64,000 bases of DNA. It comes from Paraspadella gotoi (Eukaryota > Animalia > Chaetognatha). The stretch spans positions 3,343,436 through 3,407,435 of the forward strand of contig CM119270.1 of assembly GCA_051294375.1 (NCBI GenBank). The letters run 5' to 3'. The notes under the pieces are model-generated. The model searched no databases and was not told the DNA's origin. It worked only from the letters and a program-made list of their open reading frames with translations. Made by a program: the position numbers and the translations under genes. Positions 1-14,413 of the stretch are shown here, piece by piece; the stretch's first letter is position 1; the number at the start of each line of letters is the position of its first letter.

Positions 1-183
1 CATTAGAATCGGGATAAGGGATAAGGCGAGAATTTCGGAGAATGTGGGTTCAGAGTCATGGACATGGGTTGTGGGCAAAGAGATAGGTAAAGTTCAAGAT
101 CGCGAATAAGAGAGACGCGCCAAATCTCGTCGTGTGGGCGTGTGCAACTCTGACGCAAATCGCGACGTTTTAAAATCGTCACC

Positions 184-230
<47 letters not shown>

Positions 231-362
231 CTTGACGATGACGCAATAACCGAATGCGCAACATCCAATGTCAATGACAATTGGTTAAGGACGTCATCCG
301 TCAGCGAAGCTTTCAAATCAAGAGTTATTCCATTCACGAAATCCAATATGTTGTGGCAGCAC

Positions 363-560
363 GGCCTCATCTCAATTGCTGAGCATGCTAAATGGTTTCA
401 ACCATGCGTCCCGGGTTCGATCCCTGGTTATCCCGGTTCTAACTTAAATGTGACGGAACCGGTTTAAACATGCCAGTGACAGGAAGCGATCACTCAGGGT
501 CCGCAACCCTTGCGCCAGTTGGTGAGATACCCCGCGCCCCTGGTATCACAGGCAATTCTC
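363..560 (+). mobile_element. Possible tRNA-derived SINE fragment
   Basis: Pol III B-box-like GGTTCGATCCC at ~414-424, preceded by a degenerate A-box-like region. No complete cloverleaf and no second copy seen in the window. Confidence 0.35.
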
Positions 561-1084
561 CCGTTGACATAATGTCAAATTATCCTGTATCCATCCATCT
601 ACTTATCTAAACTTCATACCATCTAAACTCCGTTAAATACTCCCTAAATAAATTTTTTTGACCTACCATTTTAAGTAAGCTTAGATGTTTTGAAAACAAA
701 TATAATTATCGCCCTGTTACTTAATTTAGAAAAACTCATGATATGCTAATTTCAACCTTGTGGAAGATCAGAGTTAACTAATTAAGTACTGACGAAAAAA
801 TAACGACAAACGTTAACAGAACGTCCTGTGTATGTTTGTGTAAGTGAGATTAAAATAGACATTAGTAATAGACAAGTAAATCGACATAGAGAGTCGATAA
901 CAGAGTGATAAGTGAAGAGTTCTCTCACTCTCATTCTCTCACTTCCATTATTGTCACTCGATTTTATTTGTTATCTTACGAGCTGATAAGATCAATTATA
1001 TAGCATTTAAAAATAATTACGTAAACTTCGCCTCACACTCTATTTCACGCTCTCTCTCTCTCTCTCTCTCGCCACCCCCTCACA

Positions 1085-1370
1085 CCCCGTGACGTCATCG
1101 ACAACTATGTCGACTGCTTTCCCAGCGGCGCTCTCCGCTTATATTCACCGCAGCCGACGCCGCAGACGAAGCCGACGCCGCCGCCGCCACAGCCTCCGCC
1201 GCTTTCCAATCCGCGGTAACCCATCTTCGCCGCGGCAGCGCTGCATTCTCGCTCCCAGTGACGTCAGCTCCGAAGCAGCAGTGACGTCACGGCGCTATCG
1301 ACCAATCGACGTCGCGAAATCAAAAATTAACCAATCGAATTCCGTCGTTGTTCGAATTTCGCCAATCGGC
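1085..1370 (+). promoter_or_regulatory. GC-rich putative promoter/5' region with three CRE palindromes and CCAAT boxes
   Basis: TGACGTCA at 1090, 1259 and 1282; CCAATC at ~1206, 1302, 1331 and 1362; lies upstream of the first candidate coding exon at 2537. Confidence 0.35.
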
Positions 1371-1523
1371 GCGCGTTGCCCGGGCGAGATCCATTCGCTG
1401 CTTCGTCATCGTTGTGTTGACAGTGGAGACCTTATTTCGGACGAGCGGGGCCACCTGGGAGAGAGGGAGAGCGAGAGAAAGAGCGATACGGAGAGAGAGA
1501 GGGAAAAAGATCGCACTCAAGTA

Positions 1524-1604
<81 letters not shown>

Positions 1605-1775
1605 TCTCTCTCTCCCTACTTGCTTTCTCCAGGCTTTTGCCACGTCACAAAAAACGAGGAGACGACGACGACGACGACAACGACGACGACGACAACGCGC
1701 TTGACGCCTGTTCAAGAACGAGGAGGAAGGAAGAAGAACGAGGAAAACTAAAGTGACTAAACTGTTGATCTTGAA

Positions 1776-1806
<31 letters not shown>

Positions 1807-2536
1807 GTGACGCCGTCTCTCGCCTCTCAAGAAAGACAGAGAGCGAGACGAGGAAAAAAAAAATAGTCAAGGAAAAATAACAGAAAAATAAATTTTCTAC
1901 GCTTTTTTATTCTCAATTTTTCTGTTTGATTTTTTATTTTTATTTTTTCGCTTTTTTTGATTTCGTCATTCGAAACAGAAAAAAAACAACTTCTTCTTGA
2001 AATGATGACTAAACCGATGACAAAGCATGATATCACGAATCCGTTACACATAGGGATGACACTAATCGGTGATGCGATGAAGTGATAAAGTCATTAAACG
2101 ATGTCATGGACCGTTTGACATAAAGCAATCGATTGAAGCAGCTTTACAAGTTCGTTTATCAAACCACTAAAGGACACAAGACGGTCCGCCTCGTTTTCGC
2201 TTCGACGTCGCTTTGACGCCGACCCTTTGATGACAAATCAGCGACGCCGTTCCGCGTCATTTATTTTTGTGGGCGTGGCTTCGTTTCCTCCACGATTTTC
2301 GTCTTTCGGAGAAAAGAAAACAGAAATAAGTGTAAACGAAACTCAATTCTCGTTCGTACTCTTAGCTTCACGATTTTTCTGGAGGCTAAATCGGCGTCGG
2401 CCTTCGAATGGGCCTTCAAGGGCCTTCGTAAGAACCTTCGAGGCCTCCGAAGGCCTTTCATCCCCAACTCGGCAGCCAGTTCCAGGGCGCCGCTCGACTT
2501 CTCGCGCGGCGGCGGCGGCGCCGTCGTCGCTCCGCG

Positions 2537-2887
2537 ATGCAGCCTCCAGGATGTCGCGTCGACGGATGCCGCGGCGCCTTCAGCCCTTCGTCCACGCGGC
2601 GTTGTTTAGAGGCGTTGACGCCGGCGTCGTTGTCTCGGACTTCGTCGCCGGGAGCGCCGCTCGTGATCTACACCGGAAAGAGAGGAGGAGAAGAGACGCC
2701 GGAACCGAGAAAGGAGGACGCCGAGATGAGAAGCGGCGTCGAGGAGGACAGAGCAGAGTCGCCGATGGGCGTGGCCCGAAGCGCCGTCGGAAGCGGCGCC
2801 GGAGTTGGGTGGACCAAGCGGCGTCGCGGGAGGCTGACGGGGTCGGCGGAGAGAACCGAAACCCCGGATGCGATTGACGCTCAAGAA

Positions 2888-2888
<1 letters not shown>
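2537..2888 (+). CDS. Candidate first coding exon of the THAP-BTB-ZF gene (MQPPGCRVDGC..., THAP-like N-terminal Cx4C)
   Basis: GC-rich open frame from ATG 2537 with CxVxGC just after the Met, a basic KRRRGR stretch and a G|GTGAGA donor at 2888/2889. Linkage and phase to the next exon are not verified. Confidence 0.4.
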
Positions 2889-2942
<54 letters not shown>

Positions 2943-5900
2943 AAGAGAGAGATTACCGGAGGGAGAACTAGGAATAAAGCCTGTGGAGATGAGAATAAGA
3001 AGAGATAGTATGGTAAAGGATCAGATGAGAAGTCATGACAAACCTAGCTGTGGAGGACGCCTAGTTGCCCACAGTTCAGAGTTCGGGCAGCGGAATGCGG
3101 GTCTCGTCTGTGCCGCCATGCGGACCGGCGTCGACATATGCGGTTGGCGTTAGAAAATACGAGACGAGATTAATTTAAAAAATAAAGTTATTCAGTACGA
3201 GTAGGGCCCGCTGCTTCAGTTCTCGGCGTTATGATCTGGCGCGAGATTGCGCACGCGCGGTATTGAGAGGTTGTTAATGGCTTTCTGGGTGTATGGGATT
3301 GCGGCGCAACTAGTCGAAGTCAGAGACTTCGGGCTCTGATGGGGAGTATTGGTGGAACTCACATCGGTCGAGCTTTCGAAAATTTCGGTGTGTGACATGC
3401 ATGGGAATATAACGCGAAGTTAATGGAAGTAAGGAAGGACTAGATTGTCACTGCGCATCGTTGCTCTAGTGTATGCTTTGTCGCTCGTCACTCGCACGAG
3501 CAGCGGGGGTGCGATTGGTAGCCGGCACTAGAATGGGAGCTAGTCGAGCTTATGCGATGCTCCCGCACTACGCAGCGTCTGCCGAACACACATCTGCTGG
3601 CAACGACAGGCGGTCGAGCTCAGTCGTCATTGTAAGTTGGATGTCGGGAGGATTCTGTCGGGCGTCGAGGCATCGTTGGAGATGTATGGTCCAATCCGCG
3701 GAGAGGCTCGTTCAGTATGCGTGGCCAGGATATTTGTAGGAGACTACTGCGAAGCTACAGGATATGGTGCCGAGACTGATGAGAATGATACAATGTTGGC
3801 GTGGGAATTACACCATTACATGAGATTCAACGTTTTAATATTAACTGCGCATGAGATGACTTTTAAAAGAATTATTACACTTGACATTTAAACTTACATT
3901 ATATTTAAAAGTAATCAAATGTTAAAATTTAAAAGATGACAATACAAGATAGGATGGAAAAATGTTNNNNNNNNNNNNNNNNNNNNNNNNNNNNNNNNNN
4001 NNNNNNNNNNNNNNNNNNNNNNNNNNNNNNNNNNNNNNNNNNNNNNNNNNNNNNNNNNNNNNNNNNNNNNNNNNNNNNNNNNNNNNNNNNNNNNNNNNNN
4101 NNNNNNNNNNNNNNNNNNNNNNNNNNNNNNNNNNNNNNNNNNNNNNNNNNNNNNNNNNNNNNNNNNNNNNNNNNNNNNNNNNNNNNNNNNNNNNNNNNNN
4201 NNNNNNNNNNNNNNNNNNNNNNNNNNNNNNNNNNNNNNNNNNNNNNNNNNNNNNNNNNNNNNNNNNNNNNNNNNNNNNNNNNNNNNNNNNNNNNNNNNNN
4301 NNNNNNNNNNNNNNNNNNNNNNNNNNNNNNNNNNNNNNNNNNNNNNNNNNNNNNNNNNNNNNNNNNNNNNNNNNNNNNNNNNNNNNNNNNNNNNNNNNNN
4401 NNNNNNNNNNNNNNNNNNNNNNNNNNNNNNNNNNNNNNNNNNNNNNNNNNNNNNNNNNNNNNNNNNNNNNNNNNNNNNNNNNAAAAAAAAGAAAGAAAGA
4501 AAGGATGAATGAATACAAGAGAGAAAGATTAAAAGAGCAACAGAGAAGGAGAACAAAAGACAAAAAGAAGACAATCAGAAGAAAAAGAGAAAAAATATGA
4601 ATGAATACCTAAATGAATATTAAATAAAAAAGTCATTAAAAAAAATCAATGAATAAATAAAAACACACACAAAAAAAAGCAAGGAAAGTAGCAATCATAG
4701 AAAAATAAAATCCTGAAAAAAAAAAGGCGAAATAAGAAAGAAAAAGCTCTTTACTGATTCGGAGAGAACTGGTATTATTATACCCTTCATCTCACGTGAT
4801 CCGCGTGTGAGACTAAGAAAAATAAAGAAGAAAAAAAAAAAAACTAAAAAGAAAAAAAAAAAGGAGAACCAGCGGCTGACGTCATTGGGAATCGAAAATT
4901 CTTTTCTTTGACGTCACTCGTCGCGTCGGCCGCGCGTCACGGCAGATGGAGCGAGAGAGGAAAGGAGAGAGAGAGGCGGGAGGAAAGAAAAAAAAAAGAT
5001 ATTAGATCGCGGAGGCGGCTAACCGTTTTTCTACTTTCATTTTCATTCCCTCGACGAAGAGAAGAAGCCCATTGCGTCTCATTTTTTAGGTATCTTTATT
5101 TTTTTTCTTGTACCGCGCAAGTGGATACGGGATGGACTGTACAAGTATTTTTTTTTTGCGTGGGGGGGGAAAATAAGCGCCTAAAAATTACGCGTACTTA
5201 CACCCGAAATGAAACAAACATCGAATAAGAGTCAAACTCGACGATTTATTTAATTTCAACGAAAACAAATTTACTGATCGTTGGCCGAAACTCCTTGCGA
5301 CAATCACCAAATTTATTTTTTTAACTCGAGAATTGTTTAATTCAGCAACACATTTTAAAAATTTATCAAACTAGTAGAGACTGACAAAAAAAATGCTCAA
5401 ACAACGAAAAAGACGTTATAATTACAACGGACCTTCGTTGTCTTTGAAAAGTAAGTCAGCGTTTTTTACCCCCCCCCCAAAAAAAAAAAATTCGCTTGTT
5501 CACAAAATTTTTATCAAAGTTTTCTCCTAAAAAAAATGGAGGTTAACCTCTTAACTCTTAAGTCAAGTTGACAAGCTAACCGTGACCACTGACCATTTTA
5601 CTGACCAATGTCCAGTAGAGTGATGTGAAAATGATAAAATTTTAGAAAAATTAAAATTTAGCATATAAAACATAAAAATAAAAACCAATAAAAATACTTT
5701 GGTAAATTTATTTTTTAATTTTATACATTAGTGGGCACCAGTGAGCTATATTTATATATAGTAAAAAGTATATAATAGGCTAAAATTTTAATTTTAATCG
5801 GATTTGGATTCCTTGCAAAAAGTTGATATAAGAAAGTATAATTTAAAAAAAAAAAAATTATTTCATTAAGTTGGTCAAAAAAATATTTATTTAAGACGCC

Positions 5901-6320
5901 GATTTTTAATTTCCAGCTTAAAAATATAGTTTTTTGTAATTTTAACCTTCTTAATGATATAATTTTTAAAAAAGATTTATATTTTATTTTGTTAACTTTT
6001 AACGAGGAAGCTGAATCTGTTCTCAGAATAAAAAAAAAAACATTTTGAAATTTTGACATTATATAAGGGTAGTTCTATATACAAAATAAGCTGACTGGGC
6101 TATTATATTCGTAAAAAAAGAAAAATAACTTCAGATTACTATTCACTAATATGATAGTTTTCAAGATATAACTGCTAAATTTTGATTCCAAACTTTCACT
6201 AATGTACAGATAAATTAATTTTAATTTTTTCTTTTAACTTAAATCTCCGACTTTTTAAAGATTTCCCCCCTCCCCGACCCCACTTCCCCTTCCCATACCT
6301 TCAATCCCCTCCCCCCTCAG

Positions 6321-6530
6321 AAAGTGTTCCCCACCCTCGTCCCCGGACGGCTCGACACGCGAACGCCTGGGTTCGTTCGCCAAATCCAACAAGATTCGTC
6401 AGGCATGTCGCTAGCAGGCCGTCTGCGCCAGACACTTTGTCGGCCGGGGATGCCGCTCGGAAGACGTTGAAAAGACGTCGACTACGTGCCGACTATTTTC
6501 CCGAACCGAAGTCGGAAGAGTCCGCTGCTG
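6321..6530 (+). CDS. THAP-domain-like exon, frameshifted in this assembly
   Basis: Polypyrimidine+CAG acceptor before 6321, GTGAGA donor at 6531. In order across three frames: KVFP (6321-6332), W (6368), VCARHF (6421-6438), DVDYVPTIFP (6474-6503). The last frame joins exon 6834 in phase 0. Confidence 0.6.
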
Positions 6531-6833
6531 GTGAGACGATTGTGCAGGGGGAGGGGCAGGGGGGGGGTTGGGAGGTTATGGATTCATTCCTATCTAATAA
6601 ATATTTGAAAAATAAAAATTACCTAAAAAATAATTATCAAAAATGACTCCATTGAGTTGGGCTACCCCTCGTACTCGTAGTAAGAAATAAAAATTAAAAA
6701 ATAAAAAAATCTGAAAAATCTAACCATTGAAGGGGCTTCTTTCAAAATAAATGCCGACTAAGGGTTAAGTTTTTCCACTTACTCTGAACTTACCCTTTTC
6801 TTTCCACCCCCCAAACTCCCTTTAACCCCTCAG

Positions 6834-6968
6834 AACGAGGACATCGAGCGAGGGTCCACCTTCCGCGTTCACCAACATCTCGACGACGTCGCTGACAAAA
6901 TCATCTCCTTCTGGTTCTTCGAAAAATTCTGCGACGTTCAGATCGTCGTTCCCGAGCGAGTCTTCTCG
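6834..6968 (+). CDS. BTB/POZ-zinc finger gene exon (BTB N-terminal part)
   Basis: CAG|...|GTGGGT boundaries, 135 bp; NEDIERGSTFRVHQHLDDVADKIISFWFFEKFCDVQIVVPERVFS contains the BTB 'FCDV' motif. Confidence 0.85.
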
Positions 6969-8134
6969 GTGGGTCGGGGTTTAAGGGAAAGGGGCGTGCC
7001 ATAGCGGGTCTTTAAGCTATATTTGGTAGGGGGTTTTGGAGTATTGCCCCATTGCCCATTGTCCTAACGGTTTGTGAGCTGTTGGAGAGGGACCGGCCGG
7101 TAAAAAGTGGGTCTTTGCATCGGAGAAAGAGGGGAGTTTGCCAGAGGGGTTCGATAATCGATACTTTGTAGGGGTTTTGATTGATTATGCCGAATCGCTC
7201 ATTGCCAATCGCCCAAAAGGTTTGTTTGCTGTTAGGGACCGGTCCGTTTAGAGTGGGACTCTCTATTGGATTGTAGACGGACCGAGCAATGAGCAAGATG
7301 TAATTCGTGTTAGAGTTGCGATTTTCGTGAGCTTTTTTTTCGAGTGGTGGTCCGGTTTGATATCTGTGTGGTCGTGACTCGTGAGTCCATTGATTTTCTC
7401 GAGCCGACGTTAATGCGTCGTTTGAGGAGAAAATTCTGGGTTGTTGTTCTATATTTTTGTTGATGTCGCGTTTTTCAAGTCGCCTTGGAATGTGAGACGA
7501 GTCAAACAAATAAGCGATAAAAGTCAAAGGGCGTTATCTTTATTTCATAAAACGCGCCTCTGTCTAGAGTCTCGTCGAAGTCGAATAATTTTTTTAAAAT
7601 CTTTTAAAGAATTTAATCAATACATTTTGTTAATTAATGAATTATTTATTAAATTAATATGGATGAAAGAGAATTTTCAATTAGCTACTGCGATTTACAA
7701 ATACTTGGTAAAAAGATAAAAAGAATAAAAGAATGATAAGTCATAAGTGACAAAATTTGAAATAAGGCTTAGCTTCGAAATTCCAATTTTCATACGGAGA
7801 CGAGCCCACCCGGGCGGGCCTCGTAGAACCGCTAACGAGACTTAAAGAAGGAGATTGAAAATAATTGGACAAACATGGGCAACAAAATAATAAAGAGTAA
7901 ATAAAAACTTATTGATGTTGCAAATAAAATGACTGCTAAAAAAAAAAGCTTTAATATTCCACCGAGTAACGGAGATGACGTATCTGAATCTTGGGGACGA
8001 GAACCCAAACAAAAGGCGGCCGCTTAAAGAAAATAAAAGACCAATAACAAAGACATATAATTGCATTTTTATTTAATCTTTCTTTTTTAATCCGAGCTCT
8101 TTTTTCTTTTTGTTTACTCCCTATAAAAAAACAG

Positions 8135-8240
8135 GTTCATAAAATTGTGCTGGCGGCGAATTCGCCGAAGCTCGGCGAAATGTTCGAGCGTTCGCCGTCG
8201 CCCTCGTCGCCGCCCATCAACGTTAACGTTTCTTCGCAAG
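8135..8240 (+). CDS. BTB/POZ-zinc finger gene exon (BTB core)
   Basis: ACAG|...|GTGAGT, 106 bp; VHKIVLAANSPKLGEMF matches the BTB 'HK.VLAA.S' motif and is in phase with the previous exon. Confidence 0.88.
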
Positions 8241-9010
8241 GTGAGTTCTGAAAAGGAGAAGGCGAGTTAAGGGCGTTTTTTTGTGGCGAGGGAGCGGGAA
8301 GTTTATATAAGTAAGCTGTTAAGTTTTTGAGAGATATAGAAGAGAAATTTTGGTGAAAGTATGGAAAGATAGAAAATGAGTATGAGATTGAAAAAAATCA
8401 AAGATTATGGAAATGGAAAGAATAGACATCCAAACGGTTATATTTTGAAGAAAAGATAGTCAGGTAAAGCGTTTTCTAATAAGAATATTATATAGCATAG
8501 AGATTCATGAGATGAGACATTTAATCAAATTAGAGTGCGAATTTAAAGAAACAGTCCTATAGATAATTTTTGCTGACTTGTTAAAAATTATTTTAAAAAA
8601 GGTTTTTTTTTATTAATGGATTAATAATTAAAAAATAATTATTACTACCTTAATAATTTTAAATATATATATTTCACTTATAAAAACAACTTTATGAAGG
8701 AAAGAAAGAAAAAAATTTAGTCAATTTTTTTGTCATATTAAAATAATTTTATTATTTTATTATTTCATTATTTTATTTTGTAAGAAAGTGAACTTCTTTT
8801 AAGAAATTTAAGAATATCATATATTTTTTTAATTATTGAAATGTATTCAAAATGTTTCAAAACAATTTTTCAAAATGTGAGGTAATTATGGGGAACATCC
8901 GCCATGATAAAAAGACAGGGTCTCCTGTCACGGGACCTGGAATAGAATTAACTTCAAGCCGTAAAAAACAAATTCTGCAAACCGCCCTTCTAATGAGTGA
9001 GGATCGAAAG

Positions 9011-9049
<39 letters not shown>

Positions 9050-9969
9050 GCGTAAAACGGGTATGTAATTTAAATGAACCGTAAAATTTTTCAAGGCGGA
9101 TTCGGCAGGTGAGTTAGATTCTCTGAGTGACGCGAAAAAAATGCGAAAGACTTATTTGATCAAGTTTCGAGGGTTAGGTTTCCACGAGTCTGTTATTAAT
9201 CATTTTGCTGATGAGTAATAGTGAATGAATACGAAGAATTGTAATTATTATTCAAAACGATGAATGACGTGGATACGGGCACGTCTCAAAATTTAATTGG
9301 TTCTCATAACTCGTCGAATTATATCGAGAGGGATGTTTTAAACTTTTTTTTCTCTAGTAATTTCAATAGAAATAATCCATTTATTTATTCATTCATCCAT
9401 GAATTCATTCATTCACTTATTTATTTATTCATTCATTCATTAATTTATTTATAAATTACAGTAAAGAATGGTCATCCACTGTCCATAAGTTTTTCCCCAT
9501 TTCTATCTTTCTGTCGTCACGACGTCAAGATTATCCGATTTTTCCTAGGGGACGTGACGTCATAACGTCACGGTTGACTTAACGTCACATTGTTCGATTT
9601 TCCAATAATTTGCATAAAAAAGACCGAAATAGGGGGTGACGTCATGAGGAGTACTGTCACGGCAACTGTATTCGATTTTCCAATAATTATCCTTTGTTCG
9701 TTTTTCGATTATTATCATTATAAATTTATATATAATAAAAGCTTGACATTCTTAATTTCATCGTCAATTTTTGATCATTTGTTAAGTTAACGAAGAATGA
9801 GGACGATTATTTTAGTTACAATTATTGGAAATGAATGTAATGTAAAGCATGTAATCAAGATTTTACAATTTTTAACTTTTAAACTTTTAAACTAAAAATT
9901 ATCTCTCTNNNNNNNNNNNNNNNNNNNNNNNNNCTCTTTCTCTCTCATTCCCGTCTCTCTCTCTCTCAG

Positions 9970-10143
9970 CCATTTCCAAGGTGATGCCGTCTCATGTACA
10001 CCGGTGAGCGTGATACCTGACAGGCCGGAGACGCTCGTTCGACATTCTCCGCGCTTCGGAAGGAGCTCAATCTTCATCGCCTGGCCGCATTCTGTCACGT
10101 CCTATAAACTGCAGTTTCGCCGAGCGGAGAGAAGGCCAGAGAG
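9970..10143 (+). pseudogene. Error-rich duplicate of the BTB C-terminal exon, retaining the splice acceptor
   Basis: Follows (CT)n-CAG; matches 13808-13956 with many 1-2 bp insertions; begins CATTTCCAAGGTGAT (about AFQVI). Lies just after a 25-N gap, so probably raw-read sequence. Confidence 0.65.
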
Positions 10144-10289
10144 GTAAGAGACAAGAGTAAGGGAGGAAGCAGAAGAGGTAATGGGAGGAAAGGGCAGAGA
10201 GGTATAGGGAGGAAGGCAGAGAGGTAATGGGAGAAACAAGGGTCGCGGGGAGGAATTGGGTCGAAACCGAAAAAAAGCGTCCCCTCCGT

Positions 10290-13803
<3,514 letters not shown>

Positions 13804-13807
13804 AGCT

Positions 13808-13956
13808 TCGGCTTCATGTACACCGGTGAGGTGATCCTGACGCCGGAGACGCTCGTCGACATTCTCCGCGCTTCGGAGGAGCTCAATCTTCATCGCCTGG
13901 CCGCATTCTGTCACGTCTATGAACTGCAGTTTCGCCGAGCGGAAGAAGGCAGAGAG
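13808..13956 (+). CDS. BTB C-terminal exon, clean copy lacking its first few codons and acceptor
   Basis: GFMYTGEVILTPETLVDILRASEELNLHRLAAFC is a typical BTB C-terminal half; GAG|GTAAAG donor is phase 0 with exon 14414. Confidence 0.85.
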
Positions 13957-14176
13957 GTAAAGGAGGAAGGCAGAGAGGTAAGGGAGGAAGGCAGAGAGGT
14001 AAGGGAGGAGGCAGAGAGGTTAAGGGAGGAAGGCAGAGAGGGTAAGGGAGGAAGGCAGAGAGGTAAGGGAGGAAGGCAGAGAGGTAAGGGAGGAAGGCAG
14101 AGAGGTAAAGGGAGGAAGGCAGAGAGGTAAAGGGAGGAAGGCAGAGAGGTAAGGGAGGAAGGCAGAGAGGTAAGGG
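13945..14176 (+). repeat. ~21-bp minisatellite (GTAAGGGAGGAAGGCAGAGAG, about 10 copies) overlapping the exon end
   Basis: Directly visible tandem units of 20-22 bp. Confidence 0.9.
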
Positions 14177-14413
14177 CGGGGAGGGTGAGTTTAAAAAATC
14201 CTACGCAATTCGTAAAACATAACGAGTAAATATGGTAAATAGTAAATTTAACAGTTGGCAAATTAGTAAATTATGCAAGTTTTGTCAACGAGAAGTAACA
14301 AAGAATGTTTCGTAATGAAGACTTTGTCACTCAGCCACCCTTGATCACCCCAAACCCCTTGATCACCCCCAAACCCCTTGATCACCCCAAACACCCCCTT
14401 CCTCTTCCTTAAG

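Noticed and set aside
1089-1751. 220-aa ORF and overlapping ORFs
   Set aside because: Built largely from (CT)n and (ACG)n microsatellites (SLSL/TTTT/RRRR); no domain motif.
3915-4600. Long ORFs spanning N runs, also at 47.5, 49.1, 52.3, 59.5 and 61.8 kb
   Set aside because: Artefacts of translating assembly gaps.
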